This document shows positions 63,478-64,000 of a stretch of 64,000 nt of DNA, piece after piece. Below the pieces are notes generated by a model. It saw nothing but the letters and a program-made list of their open reading frames with translations. It made no database searches and was not told where the DNA came from. A program made the position numbers and the translations under genes. Within the stretch, counting starts at the first letter, position 1; each line of letters opens with the position of its first letter. The stretch is taken from assembly GCA_963611815.1 (NCBI GenBank), contig CAVDSY010000022.1:26953-90952 (forward strand). The letters are read 5' to 3'. Source of the stretch: a bacterium. GTDB lineage: Bacteria > Bacillota_I > Bacilli_A > RFN20 > CAG-826.

Positions 63478-64000
63478 ATGGCATACCATACTAGGATTAT
63501 CGAAAAGCAAATCGTAGAAAAGCTTGAGAAAGGCGACAAAGTCATCGTCGAAGGGAGCATGGGCGTCGGCAAATCCACGCTTCTGAAAAAACTGTGCGCC
63601 AAGGTCTTCGATGTCAAAAAAGCCTTCGCCGACCTCAATCAGGTTTTCATTCTGGACATCAATCCGAGCCTCGCCTTCAAAGGAAAGGGGATTCACGGGA
63701 TCGACGGATTGGATCTCGACTATTCCTTGGAAAGCGCCCAAAGCGGGAAGGCGATATATTCGTCCGGGCGAGCCAGTGGCAAAGAGCATCTGACCCTTTA
63801 CCCCCTCTCTTTCTATGAGCAGGGCATATCCAATGGCGCCGTCTCGCTCCGTGGCCTCTTCTCCGGGGCTTATGAAGAAGGGTTTTCCGCTTCTTCGAAC
63901 TTCGCTTTAGAAGAGCTTTGCTCGGCTTTGGTCAAAGGAGGGTATCCCGTCTCTTTGGGCAAGAAAAGTTCGGCATACCCTAAAAAAGTTATCTCCGCCC
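63478..64000 (+). CDS. P-loop ATPase (AAA_14/DUF4143-like), 5' part; continues beyond the right edge
   Basis: Hand translation: MAYHTRIIEKQIVEKLEKGDKVIVEGSMGVGKSTLLKKL... (Walker A), later ..GRASGKEHLTLYPLSFYE.. and ..GGYP... The frame stays open to the window end. It is absent from the ORF track because no stop is reached. Confidence 0.5.
   Translation, partial: MAYHTRIIEKQIVEKLEKGDKVIVEGSMGVGKSTLLKKLCAKVFDVKKAFADLNQVFILDINPSLAFKGKGIHGIDGLDLDYSLESAQSGKAIYSSGRASGKEHLTLYPLSFYEQGISNGAVSLRGLFSGAYEEGFSASSNFALEELCSALVKGGYPVSLGKKSSAYPKKVISA

Noticed and set aside
63442-63789. 115-aa - strand ORF near the right edge
   Set aside because: It is antisense to the open-ended + strand frame from 63478, which has a clear Walker A motif and family-typical downstream motifs.
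1-64000. CRISPR arrays, rRNA operons, tRNA genes, prophage or defence islands
   Set aside because: I saw no regularly spaced direct repeats, no rRNA-like stretches and no cloverleaf-sized conserved intergenic segments. The intergenic regions are short and are accounted for by promoters and terminators. A tRNAscan/Infernal run would be needed to exclude small RNAs formally.

Overview
This is an origin-proximal chromosome segment of a low-to-mid-GC Bacillota-like bacterium with compact, non-sporulating gene content. The left edge carries the first 19 codons of dnaA (- strand). A cluster of 7 DnaA boxes (oriC) follows, then rpmH-rnpA-yidC-jag-mnmE on the + strand. mnmE runs straight into a long + strand housekeeping block: tatD, rnmV, rsmA, ispE, pth, mfd, an S4 protein, tilS, ftsH, dus, lysS and rpsF-ssb-rpsR. 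Accessory inserts interrupt that block: ppdK; a nucleotidyltransferase-phosphatase fusion with an FGGY kinase and a TetR regulator; a MarR regulator with an ABC exporter pair; and a fatty-acid-handling cassette. From 35.9 to 40.3 kb an ISL3-family IS (visibly GC-richer than its surroundings) and an inverted 257-bp fragment of the same IS bracket decayed genes. After this point the core genes switch to the - strand: fba, a second ABC exporter pair, PAP2, pyk-pfkA, a fused mutM-coaE, polA and dnaE. These are interleaved with + strand genes: GH13 glucosidase, a lipoprotein and dnaB-dnaI. I saw no rRNA, tRNA or CRISPR. The best leads are: (1) a PUFA-isomerase-like flavoenzyme next to an adenylating ligase / carrier protein / thioesterase cassette; (2) the IS-bounded rearranged segment; (3) a recurring -10 hexamer 6-9 nt before the ATG with no Shine-Dalgarno, suggesting leaderless mRNAs; (4) oriC-type DnaA boxes upstream of dnaB-dnaI; and (5) the Fpg-CoaE and nucleotidyltransferase-phosphatase fusions. 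All family assignments come from reading motifs by eye and need database confirmation.
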